Below, piece after piece: positions 25,222 through 32,627 of a stretch of 37,722 nt of DNA. Made by a program: the position numbers and the translations under genes. Source of the stretch: a virus. The notes under the pieces are model-generated. The model did no database searches. It saw only the letters and a program-made list of their open reading frames with translations, and was not told the DNA's origin. The stretch is from positions 1-37,722 of the IMG/VR virus record IMGVR_UViG_3300045988_130501, one strand, 5' to 3'. Every line of letters starts with the position of its first letter. Position 1 is the first letter of the stretch.

Positions 25222-26217
25222 TTATGCAGTAGTTTTAGGACTAATCTTAATTCCTCTTAGAACTCCTGCTTTGTTAGTGTTCTTTAATGCAACACCAGCA
25301 ATAAGTTCTACTTCTCCATCTTTTACTGCTCCTGGTTCGTTTAAATCAGGCATATATGAATTGATTACTTTTGAACCAGTTGGGCTTACTCCGTGGAAAC
25401 CATCTAATCCAATTGTTACTGCATAAATATCAGTTTTTCCTTCTGCAGTTGTAGTTGCTGCAGTTTCAGGTATAATATCAACAGTACTAGTACCATTGTA
25501 ATATTTACCCATATCATACATAGGAATATCATTGTAAGTTTCAACCATTCTACCGAAATCATCTCTACTTCTACCATAATATCCTGCACGTCTTGCAGCA
25601 CTTCTCATTTTTGCAAGCATTTTATTGTTCATTAATAGCATTGTTGGTTTTCCATCTAATGCAGATAAGAAACCATCTACTTCATCAAGTAATGCGTTAT
25701 AATTAGAACCCATTAATGCGTCTGTTGATACATCAACTGCAGATGTAATCTCAGTTTCAGTACCAGTTAATAATTTATCTAGTCCATCAAATGTATTTAA
25801 TACACCTGTTCCAGCGCTTGCTTTATTACCGTTAATAACTAAATTATTAAAGTAATTTGAAGTTGCTTTTACTTTTTGCTCAGTTTGGAATGCTAATTCA
25901 TCAACTGCTCCAGATGTACCAATAAGTACACGGTCAATTTGAAATTTACCACCCATTACAACTGCCTTTGTAGTTTTTTCTTCTCTTTTTGCTTCTCCTG
26001 CAGTATATTCGCTATTTATTTCTCTTACTGCTGCAGTAGAAGGCGTTTTTAATTGGATATAACCATAAGTTAATGTAGAACCACCAGTTCCTGGAGAAAT
26101 TGCATTATCAAATACCATTTTGTCTAATAATAATGAACTTCTACGGAAAGTATCAACTACTTTTTGGTCTACCTTATCAGCCATACCAACTTTTGCTTCT
26201 GCTAATGTTATAGCCAT
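25222..26217 (-). CDS. Major capsid protein
   Basis: 331 aa, directly after the scaffold gene; the N-terminal MAITLAEAKVG...VVDTFRRSS style is typical of A118-type capsid proteins. Confidence 0.75.
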   Translation of the reverse strand: MAITLAEAKVGMADKVDQKVVDTFRRSSLLLDKMVFDNAISPGTGGSTLTYGYIQLKTPSTAAVREINSEYTAGEAKREEKTTKAVVMGGKFQIDRVLIGTSGAVDELAFQTEQKVKATSNYFNNLVINGNKASAGTGVLNTFDGLDKLLTGTETEITSAVDVSTDALMGSNYNALLDEVDGFLSALDGKPTMLLMNNKMLAKMRSAARRAGYYGRSRDDFGRMVETYNDIPMYDMGKYYNGTSTVDIIPETAATTTAEGKTDIYAVTIGLDGFHGVSPTGSKVINSYMPDLNEPGAVKDGEVELIAGVALKNTNKAGVLRGIKISPKTTA

Positions 26218-26233
26218 TTTTTATCGCTCCTTT

Positions 26234-26803
26234 TTAATTACCGTATTTTTCTCTTAAAGCACCTGCTAAATCTTGTGCTTCATTTTCAGGGGCTTTATTT
26301 TGATGGTCGCCACCTAAATTGAAACCATTTTGTTGCTTGTTTTCTTGTTCAAATAAATAATCATGAGTAGTTTTAATACTCTTTAATTGTTCATCTAAAC
26401 CGCCAACAACATAATTGCCATCTTTTTCTTCATAAGTTAGTTTTTCGCTATCTAGAAGTTTCTCTAGCAATTTAATATCTTTTGCTTTAGAGTTTGTTAA
26501 TGCTTTATCTAACGCAATAGACTTTTTGAAAGTTTCCACTTCCTTACTTCCCTCGGCTTTTCCTAAATCGTATTGCTCTTGCTTGATAGCCTCGACATCG
26601 ATTTCTTCTAACTCTTTTATCTTTTCGTTCAAATTATTAACGACACCATCTTTTACTTTTAAGTCGTTTTTCAGTGTGGCTACCTCAGTTTTATGGCTTT
26701 CAATTAGTTCACCATTTTTTGCCATTAAAGTATCGACAATTTCTTTTTTTTTTGTTTCATCTTCAACAACATTAAGTAATTCTTCTAAAAACTTTCTATT
26801 CAT
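26234..26803 (-). CDS. Scaffolding protein (GP20-like)
   Basis: Acidic coiled-coil protein directly upstream of the capsid gene. Confidence 0.7.
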   Translation of the reverse strand: MNRKFLEELLNVVEDETKKKEIVDTLMAKNGELIESHKTEVATLKNDLKVKDGVVNNLNEKIKELEEIDVEAIKQEQYDLGKAEGSKEVETFKKSIALDKALTNSKAKDIKLLEKLLDSEKLTYEEKDGNYVVGGLDEQLKSIKTTHDYLFEQENKQQNGFNLGGDHQNKAPENEAQDLAGALREKYGN

Positions 26804-26908
26804 TTTCTTCCCTCCATACGATTTTATACGAGTTTTTCATCTCTTTGAATTTTAGAAAAGTTTCACTTTTACGATGTGATAATCATGGTATATTATCTAC
26901 CTGAATAG

Positions 26909-26937
26909 AGTATACCATATTTACTAAAAAAAATCAA
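26909..26937 (-). promoter_or_regulatory. Candidate promoter for the scaffold/capsid/tail operon
   Basis: In the minus sense: TTGATT, 17 nt, TGgTATACT. It is overlapped by the inverted repeat GGTATA...TATACC (26887-26916). Confidence 0.4.
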
Positions 26938-27040
26938 ATACACAAAATTAAGAGTAATATAAGAATAATATAAATTATAATATAAATAATTAATAATAAT
27001 AAAATAATAATAAATAATATATATTTCTATTTTCATTTTC

Positions 27041-27079
27041 CATATGTTATTCATATGTTTTTCATATCTTTAACATATC
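27041..27079. repeat. Iteron array B: four CATAT(G/C) units phased at 11 bp
   Basis: Units start at 27041, 27052, 27063 and 27074. The 20-mer attttcattttccatatgtt (27029-27048) is identical to 6155-6174. Confidence 0.75.
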
Positions 27080-27194
27080 TTTTTTTTAATTCCTTGATTT
27101 TCCCTTGCTTTTCAACAAATCTTGATTTTTTAAATGGCTATTTTTTAATTTTATATTTTTAAGCAAAATTAAATTTTTTTTGCAAAAAAAACAC

Positions 27195-27218
27195 AAAAAA
27201 ACAACCATTTAAGGTTGC
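27195..27218 (-). terminator. Rho-independent terminator of the ORF-free unit
   Basis: In the minus sense: GCAACC-TTAAAT-GGTTGT followed by T7. Confidence 0.65.
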
Positions 27219-27780
27219 TTATAGTAAATATAAATAGGAATTGAACCTATTACAACTAGTTTTAAACGTTAGCACACCAGCTATATATTTACTTTGTATC
27301 TTTAATAGATACTATACTAATGATATAAAGGTTTCTAAATTAAACATCACGCTCAGTTTAATTCGTTGCGTTAGACCAAGTGTTTCAATTAACCTTTAAC
27401 TCGGTGTTATTGTTTATATATCATCAGTACACTACCTGTTAAAGGTAGTACCACTACTCTATATTATTCACTTAACACCAACGAAAGAAATTAAGTTTTC
27501 ATATATTTCGTGTAGACGACTTCGCTCGTTGTCTAGGGTATTAGTCGTTTTCCCTACCTCTAAAATAAGATTCAATACTTAACTTTGACATGTCAGCCAT
27601 TAATTCTTTACAAACACAGGATTTTATGTGTTTTCTTCACATTTCAGTGCCTTATAGACACCAACAGAACAAAATTTAAAGGCGTAAGAAAAGAAAAATA
27701 ATTAAAGCCAATAAATATTGCTATGTTGCTACCTATAAAGGTAACAAGCAAGGAAATTGTAAAAACACTTTTTCCACTAC
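27195..27780 (-). ncRNA. Candidate large structured ncRNA (~585 nt), family unassigned (ROOL/GOLLD-like?)
   Basis: Bounded by a near-consensus promoter and an intrinsic terminator. It has no plausible ORF, contains many hairpins and a 9-bp long-range helix, and is richer in G+C than its flanks. Confidence 0.55.
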
Positions 27781-27784
27781 ATTA

Positions 27785-27813
27785 ATTATATCACATTAAT
27801 TTAGTTTTTGCAA
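27785..27813 (-). promoter_or_regulatory. Sigma-A-type promoter of the ORF-free unit
   Basis: In the minus sense: TTGCAA, 17 nt, TGaTATAAT. It starts immediately after the stop codon of the minor capsid gene. Confidence 0.6.
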
Positions 27814-28893
27814 TTATTTATTGTATTTTGCAACCCAAGTTTTATCGTAATCAACTTCTAAACCTTTGCTTTTAGAATACTGCCTATATTTCATCTGACT
27901 ATTCCTTAGTTCTTTTTTCTTTTTGCCCAATATATCAGTATTATTTGTTCCTTTTAATGATAAGATTTCTTTCTTTTTACTTCTAACAGCTCTTGCATAA
28001 TAATTTTGTTGCTGTCGTTCATTATAATTTTTTGTTATTTCTTGAATAGTTCCATGTTCATTCCCAAATATAGTTTTTTGCTTTTTGTTGTCAAACTCAG
28101 GTCGCCAATCATAATTTACAATATGGTTGCAATTAAATTCTTCAGTAAGATATTCATACTTTTTAAATTCTTTTAAACTCATAATAACATCATCAATGGG
28201 ATGATGACTAGGACGACAGGTAGGACTATGCCCTATAACGACACAATTAGCCCCTATTTCATCGCCAACTTGCTTGGCAATATCATTAGCTGTTTGAGTT
28301 AAACTTGTCATTAGATTGCGTTTAACAGCCACTTCAAGAGATGTATTTCTTCCCACTTTATCTTTTAAAGTTATTCCTTTTTCAGCAAGTGCATTTATAG
28401 TGCTTTTCATTGCACTAGAATAATCAAAAGAACCACTTGCAACTTTAGTATATAAATCATCTAAAGCATTGATATAGGCTTTTTTGCTAAAAAATGCTAT
28501 TGATTTAGTCATATTCTTTAAATCTTTGTCGGTTCTTCTATAAATACTATCAACTAGAGTTTGCACTTCTTGACTTATTTCATAATCTAGTCCTTTAGCC
28601 TCGTAAGTGTCTTTATAGCCTTTCATTTGCTCGTTTTGTAATTCTTCAAATAATTGTAGTAATTGTTTCTTTCGCTCCCTAGAAAGCCCATTTGCCTTAT
28701 TTAAAGCCTCATTAAATACTTCTTTGCCACCTTGCCTAGCAAGAACTCTCATTTGTGCTTTAGTAAATGAAGATATATCCTCATTTTGTTGTAACTTCTT
28801 AATTATTGATGATGTTAAGTCCTGATTTAATTTGCTAAAAATTTCAACAACTTTGTTTTTTTCAAATTCACTCATTCTTTGTGGTGTTATCAT
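27814..28893 (-). CDS. Minor capsid protein 2 (head morphogenesis, SPP1 gp7/Mu F-like role)
   Basis: 359 aa. The central NLMTSLTQTANDIAKQVGDEIGANCVVIGHSPTCRPSHHPID pattern is typical of Phage_min_cap2-type proteins. Confidence 0.65.
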   Translation of the reverse strand: MITPQRMSEFEKNKVVEIFSKLNQDLTSSIIKKLQQNEDISSFTKAQMRVLARQGGKEVFNEALNKANGLSRERKKQLLQLFEELQNEQMKGYKDTYEAKGLDYEISQEVQTLVDSIYRRTDKDLKNMTKSIAFFSKKAYINALDDLYTKVASGSFDYSSAMKSTINALAEKGITLKDKVGRNTSLEVAVKRNLMTSLTQTANDIAKQVGDEIGANCVVIGHSPTCRPSHHPIDDVIMSLKEFKKYEYLTEEFNCNHIVNYDWRPEFDNKKQKTIFGNEHGTIQEITKNYNERQQQNYYARAVRSKKKEILSLKGTNNTDILGKKKKELRNSQMKYRQYSKSKGLEVDYDKTWVAKYNK

Positions 28894-28904
28894 TTAATCA
28901 CTCC

Positions 28905-28979
28905 TTATTTTTTTTCACTTATTGCAGTTATTATAATTAATGTTATACAAATTATTAATGTTATTATTATACTATTCAT
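28905..28979 (-). CDS. Micro-ORF 4: 24-aa hydrophobic peptide
   Basis: MNSIIITLIICITLIIITAISEKK; its ATG overlaps the upstream TAG (ATGAATAG). Confidence 0.4.
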   Translation of the reverse strand: MNSIIITLIICITLIIITAISEKK

Positions 28980-29094
28980 TTTCTTTCCTTTCTTTAATAA
29001 GCGTTATAATTACAACAACTATACTTATTAATAATATTGCCATAATAGGTAATATAAAATATTTTAAAATCATATACATTATTGCATTTATCAT
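28972..29094 (-). CDS. Micro-ORF 3: 40-aa single-TM peptide
   Basis: GGAGG SD; MINAIMYMILKYFILPIMAILLISIVVVIITLIKERKENE. Confidence 0.5.
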   Translation of the reverse strand: MINAIMYMILKYFILPIMAILLISIVVVIITLIKERKENE

Positions 29095-29171
29095 TCTTTA
29101 CCTCCTACAATAATTCCCATAAATAAAGCACCTGAAATAACTCCTACGATTAAGCCCAACAAGAAGTTCAT
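29091..29171 (-). CDS. Micro-ORF 2: 26-aa Gly-rich TM peptide
   Basis: MNFLLGLIVGVISGALFMGIIVGGKE; ATGA overlaps on both sides. Confidence 0.45.
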   Translation of the reverse strand: MNFLLGLIVGVISGALFMGIIVGGKE

Positions 29172-29278
29172 TTTTTATCACGACCTATTATTAATAAAAT
29201 TATATATAATATTGCTACACCTAATCCTATAAAAGCTCCTATAACTTCTATTTTTGCTCTTAGTTCTAACCAAAACAT
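29168..29278 (-). CDS. Micro-ORF 1: 36-aa single-TM peptide
   Basis: AGGAG SD; MFWLELRAKIEVIGAFIGLGVAILYIILLIIGRDKK. Confidence 0.5.
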   Translation of the reverse strand: MFWLELRAKIEVIGAFIGLGVAILYIILLIIGRDKK

Positions 29279-29291
29279 TATTTATCATCTC

Positions 29292-29573
29292 CTAACTTGT
29301 TTGTTGATAATAATCTTCTACACTTCCACTTAAATCATTAAATATAATCATTATTTTTGTTTCCCATTTTGAATTACTAGGAATAAAATTTTGTGATAAT
29401 ATATTTGCTAATTCATCCCAACTAATATATTGTAATTCTGGTGCTTTATAGCAATTGTTTTTCTTTACATTTTCAATTTGTTCTATAATGTTTGTTATTC
29501 TTCCTTCATCAAAATTACATTCTTCAACAATAACTTTAATTATTTTATTTGCTATTTTTTGAAAGTTTCTCAT
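29292..29573 (-). CDS. Hypothetical protein (93 aa)
   Basis: ORF track. Confidence 0.5.
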   Translation of the reverse strand: MRNFQKIANKIIKVIVEECNFDEGRITNIIEQIENVKKNNCYKAPELQYISWDELANILSQNFIPSNSKWETKIMIIFNDLSGSVEDYYQQTS

Positions 29574-29585
29574 CTTTATCTCCTA

Positions 29586-29951
29586 TTATTTCTTTATGAT
29601 ATTGTTTTCCCAATATCTAACTTTAGCATTTAATATTCTTTTTGCTTCTTTTCTTCTTTTGAAGTTTAAAAATCCATCTAAGCATCCATTAACTACTTCA
29701 CATCTAGAACCTTTATTATTTTCGATGTCAAAATCTTCAAAACAATCCCATATAATATAATGATTATTTTTTAAACATCTTATTAAAGACTTTATAGATG
29801 GCTTATCATAGTAAGTAACATAATAGAAATGATGATATTCTATTTGATAAATTCTATCTCCAACCAATTTATATATATAATGTCTTTTTAATAATTTTCT
29901 ATTAAGATAATTCCTAATTTTACTTTTACTATAATCTTTTCTATTTATCAT
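29586..29951 (-). CDS. Hypothetical protein (121 aa)
   Basis: ORF track. Confidence 0.5.
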   Translation of the reverse strand: MINRKDYSKSKIRNYLNRKLLKRHYIYKLVGDRIYQIEYHHFYYVTYYDKPSIKSLIRCLKNNHYIIWDCFEDFDIENNKGSRCEVVNGCLDGFLNFKRRKEAKRILNAKVRYWENNIIKK

Positions 29952-30394
29952 TTAATTTCTCCTATTATTTCTTTGTATTTTTGTAAAATACCACTACAAG
30001 CGCCTGCTAATCGTGGGTCTGCTCCATCAAATTGTTTTTCTTTTTCTTCTAAATACTTTATAAACTCTTTTTGTTGAGTAATTAACTTTGGTATATCTAC
30101 TATCGATATTCCACAACAAGTTGTTAAATGGTCTTGTTTTAATATTTTATCTTTTGTTAATTCTTGTGATAACACTTTATTTATTGCTTTATATTCTTCA
30201 AGTTGTTTTTTTAATTCTTGATTTTCTTTTATTAATAAATCAATACATCTAGCATTTTCACCATAACAATTACCTAAAAAATAAAGCTCACCATTTTCTA
30301 TTTTTACAACAGTCATACCAATTCCATCTTCACCGTTTGTGTCTACACCTATTGTGTATTTATCAATGTCGTAAGTATATTCTTTATCATCCAT
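29948..30394 (-). CDS. Hypothetical coiled-coil protein (148 aa)
   Basis: ORF track. Confidence 0.5.
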   Translation of the reverse strand: MDDKEYTYDIDKYTIGVDTNGEDGIGMTVVKIENGELYFLGNCYGENARCIDLLIKENQELKKQLEEYKAINKVLSQELTKDKILKQDHLTTCCGISIVDIPKLITQQKEFIKYLEEKEKQFDGADPRLAGACSGILQKYKEIIGEIK

Positions 30395-30586
30395 TTACTC
30401 ATCACTCTCTACTTTCTTTAATAAATCATTCAATTTAAAATAATATTCCAGTACATTTTTTAGTTCATCTCTATTTAATTTTATATTGCTTTGACTATGA
30501 AACATTACCTGATTATCTTTACGTATCACTACGTGATTATTGCTTGCTTGTGATATTTCGTAACCCTTATAATTAATCTTTAACAT
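30395..30586 (-). CDS. Hypothetical protein (63 aa from ATG 30586)
   Basis: The track ORF starts at GTG 30595. ATG 30586 has an AAGGTG SD. Confidence 0.5.
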   Translation of the reverse strand: MLKINYKGYEISQASNNHVVIRKDNQVMFHSQSNIKLNRDELKNVLEYYFKLNDLLKKVESDE

Positions 30587-30725
30587 TACTATCACCTTCT
30601 AATTTTTTTAGCATTTCATTATATTTTTCAAATAAATCTTCCAAATACATACCATAGTTATTAAATGCTGTCTTTTTTGTATAATAAAATTCTATTAATT
30701 TAAAGCATACTTCTTCTTTATTCAT
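30573..30725 (-). CDS. Hypothetical protein (50 aa; below the track cutoff)
   Basis: MNKEEVCFKLIEFYYTKKTAFNNYGMYLEDLFEKYNEMLKKLEGDSNVKD fills an otherwise empty gap. Confidence 0.4.
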   Translation of the reverse strand: MNKEEVCFKLIEFYYTKKTAFNNYGMYLEDLFEKYNEMLKKLEGDSNVKD

Positions 30726-30849
30726 TACTATCACTTCCTTGTTCTAAACTTTTTCTTATTTCGTAATTAGTTTTCAATTCGTCAATTAGCATACATACAA
30801 AGGAAATATCTATTATAATTAACAATATACAGCCACTTATTTCTATCAT
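30718..30849 (-). CDS. Small membrane protein (43 aa; below the track cutoff)
   Basis: ATGA overlap with the upstream gene; MIEISGCILLIIIDISFVCMLIDELKTNYEIRKSLEQGSDSNE. Confidence 0.4.
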   Translation of the reverse strand: MIEISGCILLIIIDISFVCMLIDELKTNYEIRKSLEQGSDSNE

Positions 30850-31172
30850 TGATTATCCCTTCCTTGCTCTAGTTCTTCTAACTTTTCTAAACATTGAGAG
30901 AATATTAATCTTTCTTTTGTTGCTTTTTCAAAATTACAAAATGGACTAGATAATCTATTATCACAAACTTCAATTCTTTCATTAAAATATTCTTTTAACT
31001 TATCCCAATTATCCTTTAGTTGTTTGTTCTCTTGCTGTAATTGCTTAATATATTTGTATAATATTTTTTGGTCTTTATATGTAAATTCACTTGAATAATC
31101 ATCATGTGGTTCTAAACTTGTCGTTTCTAGATAATTCAATATCATATCTAAATCAGTAATTTCTATATTCAT
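30846..31172 (-). CDS. Hypothetical coiled-coil protein (108 aa)
   Basis: ORF track; GGAGGTG SD. Confidence 0.5.
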   Translation of the reverse strand: MNIEITDLDMILNYLETTSLEPHDDYSSEFTYKDQKILYKYIKQLQQENKQLKDNWDKLKEYFNERIEVCDNRLSSPFCNFEKATKERLIFSQCLEKLEELEQGRDNQ

Positions 31173-31183
31173 TCTGACACCTC

Positions 31184-31348
31184 CTAAATTTCAAACCAAT
31201 TGCCTTGACTATCTTGTAAACATTTAGCCCCACAATATTTGCATATTCCATAATTACTGCAACCATCATTACCTAATATTTCACAGTTATGCCATTTCAA
31301 ATATTTATCACACCAAAATGCTATTTTTAAAATCAAATTTTTAATCAT
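31184..31348 (-). CDS. Cys-rich small protein (54 aa; below the track cutoff)
   Basis: ATGA overlap with the upstream gene; MIKNLILKIAFWCDKYLKWHNCEILGNDGCSNYGICKYCGAKCLQDSQGNWFEI has 6 Cys. Confidence 0.4.
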   Translation of the reverse strand: MIKNLILKIAFWCDKYLKWHNCEILGNDGCSNYGICKYCGAKCLQDSQGNWFEI

Positions 31349-31614
31349 TCTGATACCTCTTCTAATAAATCTTCAACAATTTCTAAATAAGATAATAAAC
31401 AACTTTTTGATAACATATTGTCATCTCGATTATTATTTAATATATTTCTTGTTTCTTTTGTTTCATTGAGTATTCTATCAATTACTTCTTTTTGCTTTTT
31501 GACTTGTTGTTCTAAAATTAAATTTTCACCACATAATTCCATAATTTGTAATGCTAATTCAGTTGTTGGTTTATTTGACAAATCATCGGCTATATCTAAC
31601 AGTTCTTTATTCAT
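31345..31614 (-). CDS. Hypothetical coiled-coil protein (89 aa), paralogous segment KKQKEVID
   Basis: ORF track. Confidence 0.5.
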   Translation of the reverse strand: MNKELLDIADDLSNKPTTELALQIMELCGENLILEQQVKKQKEVIDRILNETKETRNILNNNRDDNMLSKSCLLSYLEIVEDLLEEVSE

Positions 31615-31619
31615 TATTC

Positions 31620-31868
31620 TTATTTCTCCTTTAATATGTCTAATAACTTTTCATAATTGAATTTATAATCATTTAAGCAATATGTCTTTTTACCATCTAA
31701 AATACTTGATACAATTAAATTTTTATTCACATATTCTCTTGCTTTATCAATTACTTCTTTTTGTTTTTTACATTGTTGTTGCAAATTATTCAACCATCGG
31801 TGAGTATATCTTGATTGATAATATTTTCCATCTTTAACATTATAAAAATATATTATTTCTTCTTCCAT
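31620..31868 (-). CDS. Hypothetical protein (82 aa from ATG 31868), paralogous segment KKQKEVID
   Basis: GAGGAG SD before ATG 31868. The longer track ORF would overlap the upstream gene by 50 nt. Confidence 0.5.
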   Translation of the reverse strand: MEEEIIYFYNVKDGKYYQSRYTHRWLNNLQQQCKKQKEVIDKAREYVNKNLIVSSILDGKKTYCLNDYKFNYEKLLDILKEK

Positions 31869-31872
31869 ATTC

Positions 31873-32193
31873 TTATTTCTCCTCTTTAAAAATTTCTTTA
31901 ATCGGTACAACCTTTCCATCATAAATATATTTGTATTCTTTTACTTGTTTTATTGTTCCATCTTCTAACTCACACACAGGACTACCTTGCCCACCACTGC
32001 GTACTTCTTCAAATTTATATGAACATTCTTTAGCAGCGCCTTTATTATTATCTAAATCAATATATTCATAATGATATTGTTTCTTTGGAAAACAACTTAT
32101 TATTAACCCTAAAATTATTAAACATATAAAAGCTAAGAAAATTGAACCTAGCCATTTTAATATAGTTATATACCATTTTTCTTCATCCGTCAT
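31873..32193 (-). CDS. Membrane-anchored protein (106 aa)
   Basis: N-terminal TM segment ILKWLGSIFLAFICLIILGLIISCF. Confidence 0.5.
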   Translation of the reverse strand: MTDEEKWYITILKWLGSIFLAFICLIILGLIISCFPKKQYHYEYIDLDNNKGAAKECSYKFEEVRSGGQGSPVCELEDGTIKQVKEYKYIYDGKVVPIKEIFKEEK

Positions 32194-32195
32194 TC

Positions 32196-32450
32196 TTATT
32201 CCTCATTTCTTTTATCTAATTCATATTGTAATTCTGCTATTTTTTTATCTACTAAATATGAATTATCATCATAATTATAAAAAATTTCGCCATTATCATA
32301 ATTATAAAATTCATATTCTTCGCCATAAAAATCATGGTGTTTTTTTAAAAATTTAATTGTATTTTCTATATGTGAAGTTTCCATATCACTTATTTTAATT
32401 TTTTTATGGTCTTTAGTTTCCCACCAATCTTTTTTATAAGGATATTTCAT
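32196..32450 (-). CDS. Hypothetical protein (84 aa)
   Basis: ORF track. Confidence 0.5.
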   Translation of the reverse strand: MKYPYKKDWWETKDHKKIKISDMETSHIENTIKFLKKHHDFYGEEYEFYNYDNGEIFYNYDDNSYLVDKKIAELQYELDKRNEE

Positions 32451-32452
32451 GA

Positions 32453-32590
32453 TTATTTCTCCTTTTTCATTTTTTCTTCAATTGCCTTTAATATAAAATC
32501 TTTAATAGTCATATTTCTTTCATGTGCTTTTGTTTCAATCTCTTTTAAATATTCCTCTGTAAATTGTAAAGGATATGTTTTTATTTTCAT
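32453..32590 (-). CDS. Ribbon-helix-helix (CopG/Arc-like) protein, 45 aa
   Basis: GGAGGTG SD then ATG 32590: MKIKTYPLQFTEEYLKEIETKAHERNMTIKDFILKAIEEKMKKEK. Confidence 0.55.
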   Translation of the reverse strand: MKIKTYPLQFTEEYLKEIETKAHERNMTIKDFILKAIEEKMKKEK

Positions 32591-32627
32591 TTGTTCACCT
32601 CCTAAAAATATATAAGCAAGAGAAGTT

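Noticed and set aside
25416-25601. Minus-strand 61-aa ORF inside the major capsid gene.
   Set aside because: It is in an alternative frame of a strongly supported CDS and has no SD or motif.
26940-27030. CRISPR-like or tandem-repeat array in the aataataat-rich tract.
   Set aside because: The tract is pure A/T low-complexity sequence without repeat/spacer periodicity. No cas genes are present.
27223-27293. A second canonical tRNA gene.
   Set aside because: The T-arm, D-arm and acceptor-like pairing are present, but no 5-bp/7-nt anticodon arm can be drawn and the T-stem to acceptor spacing is wrong. It is reported only as tRNA-like.
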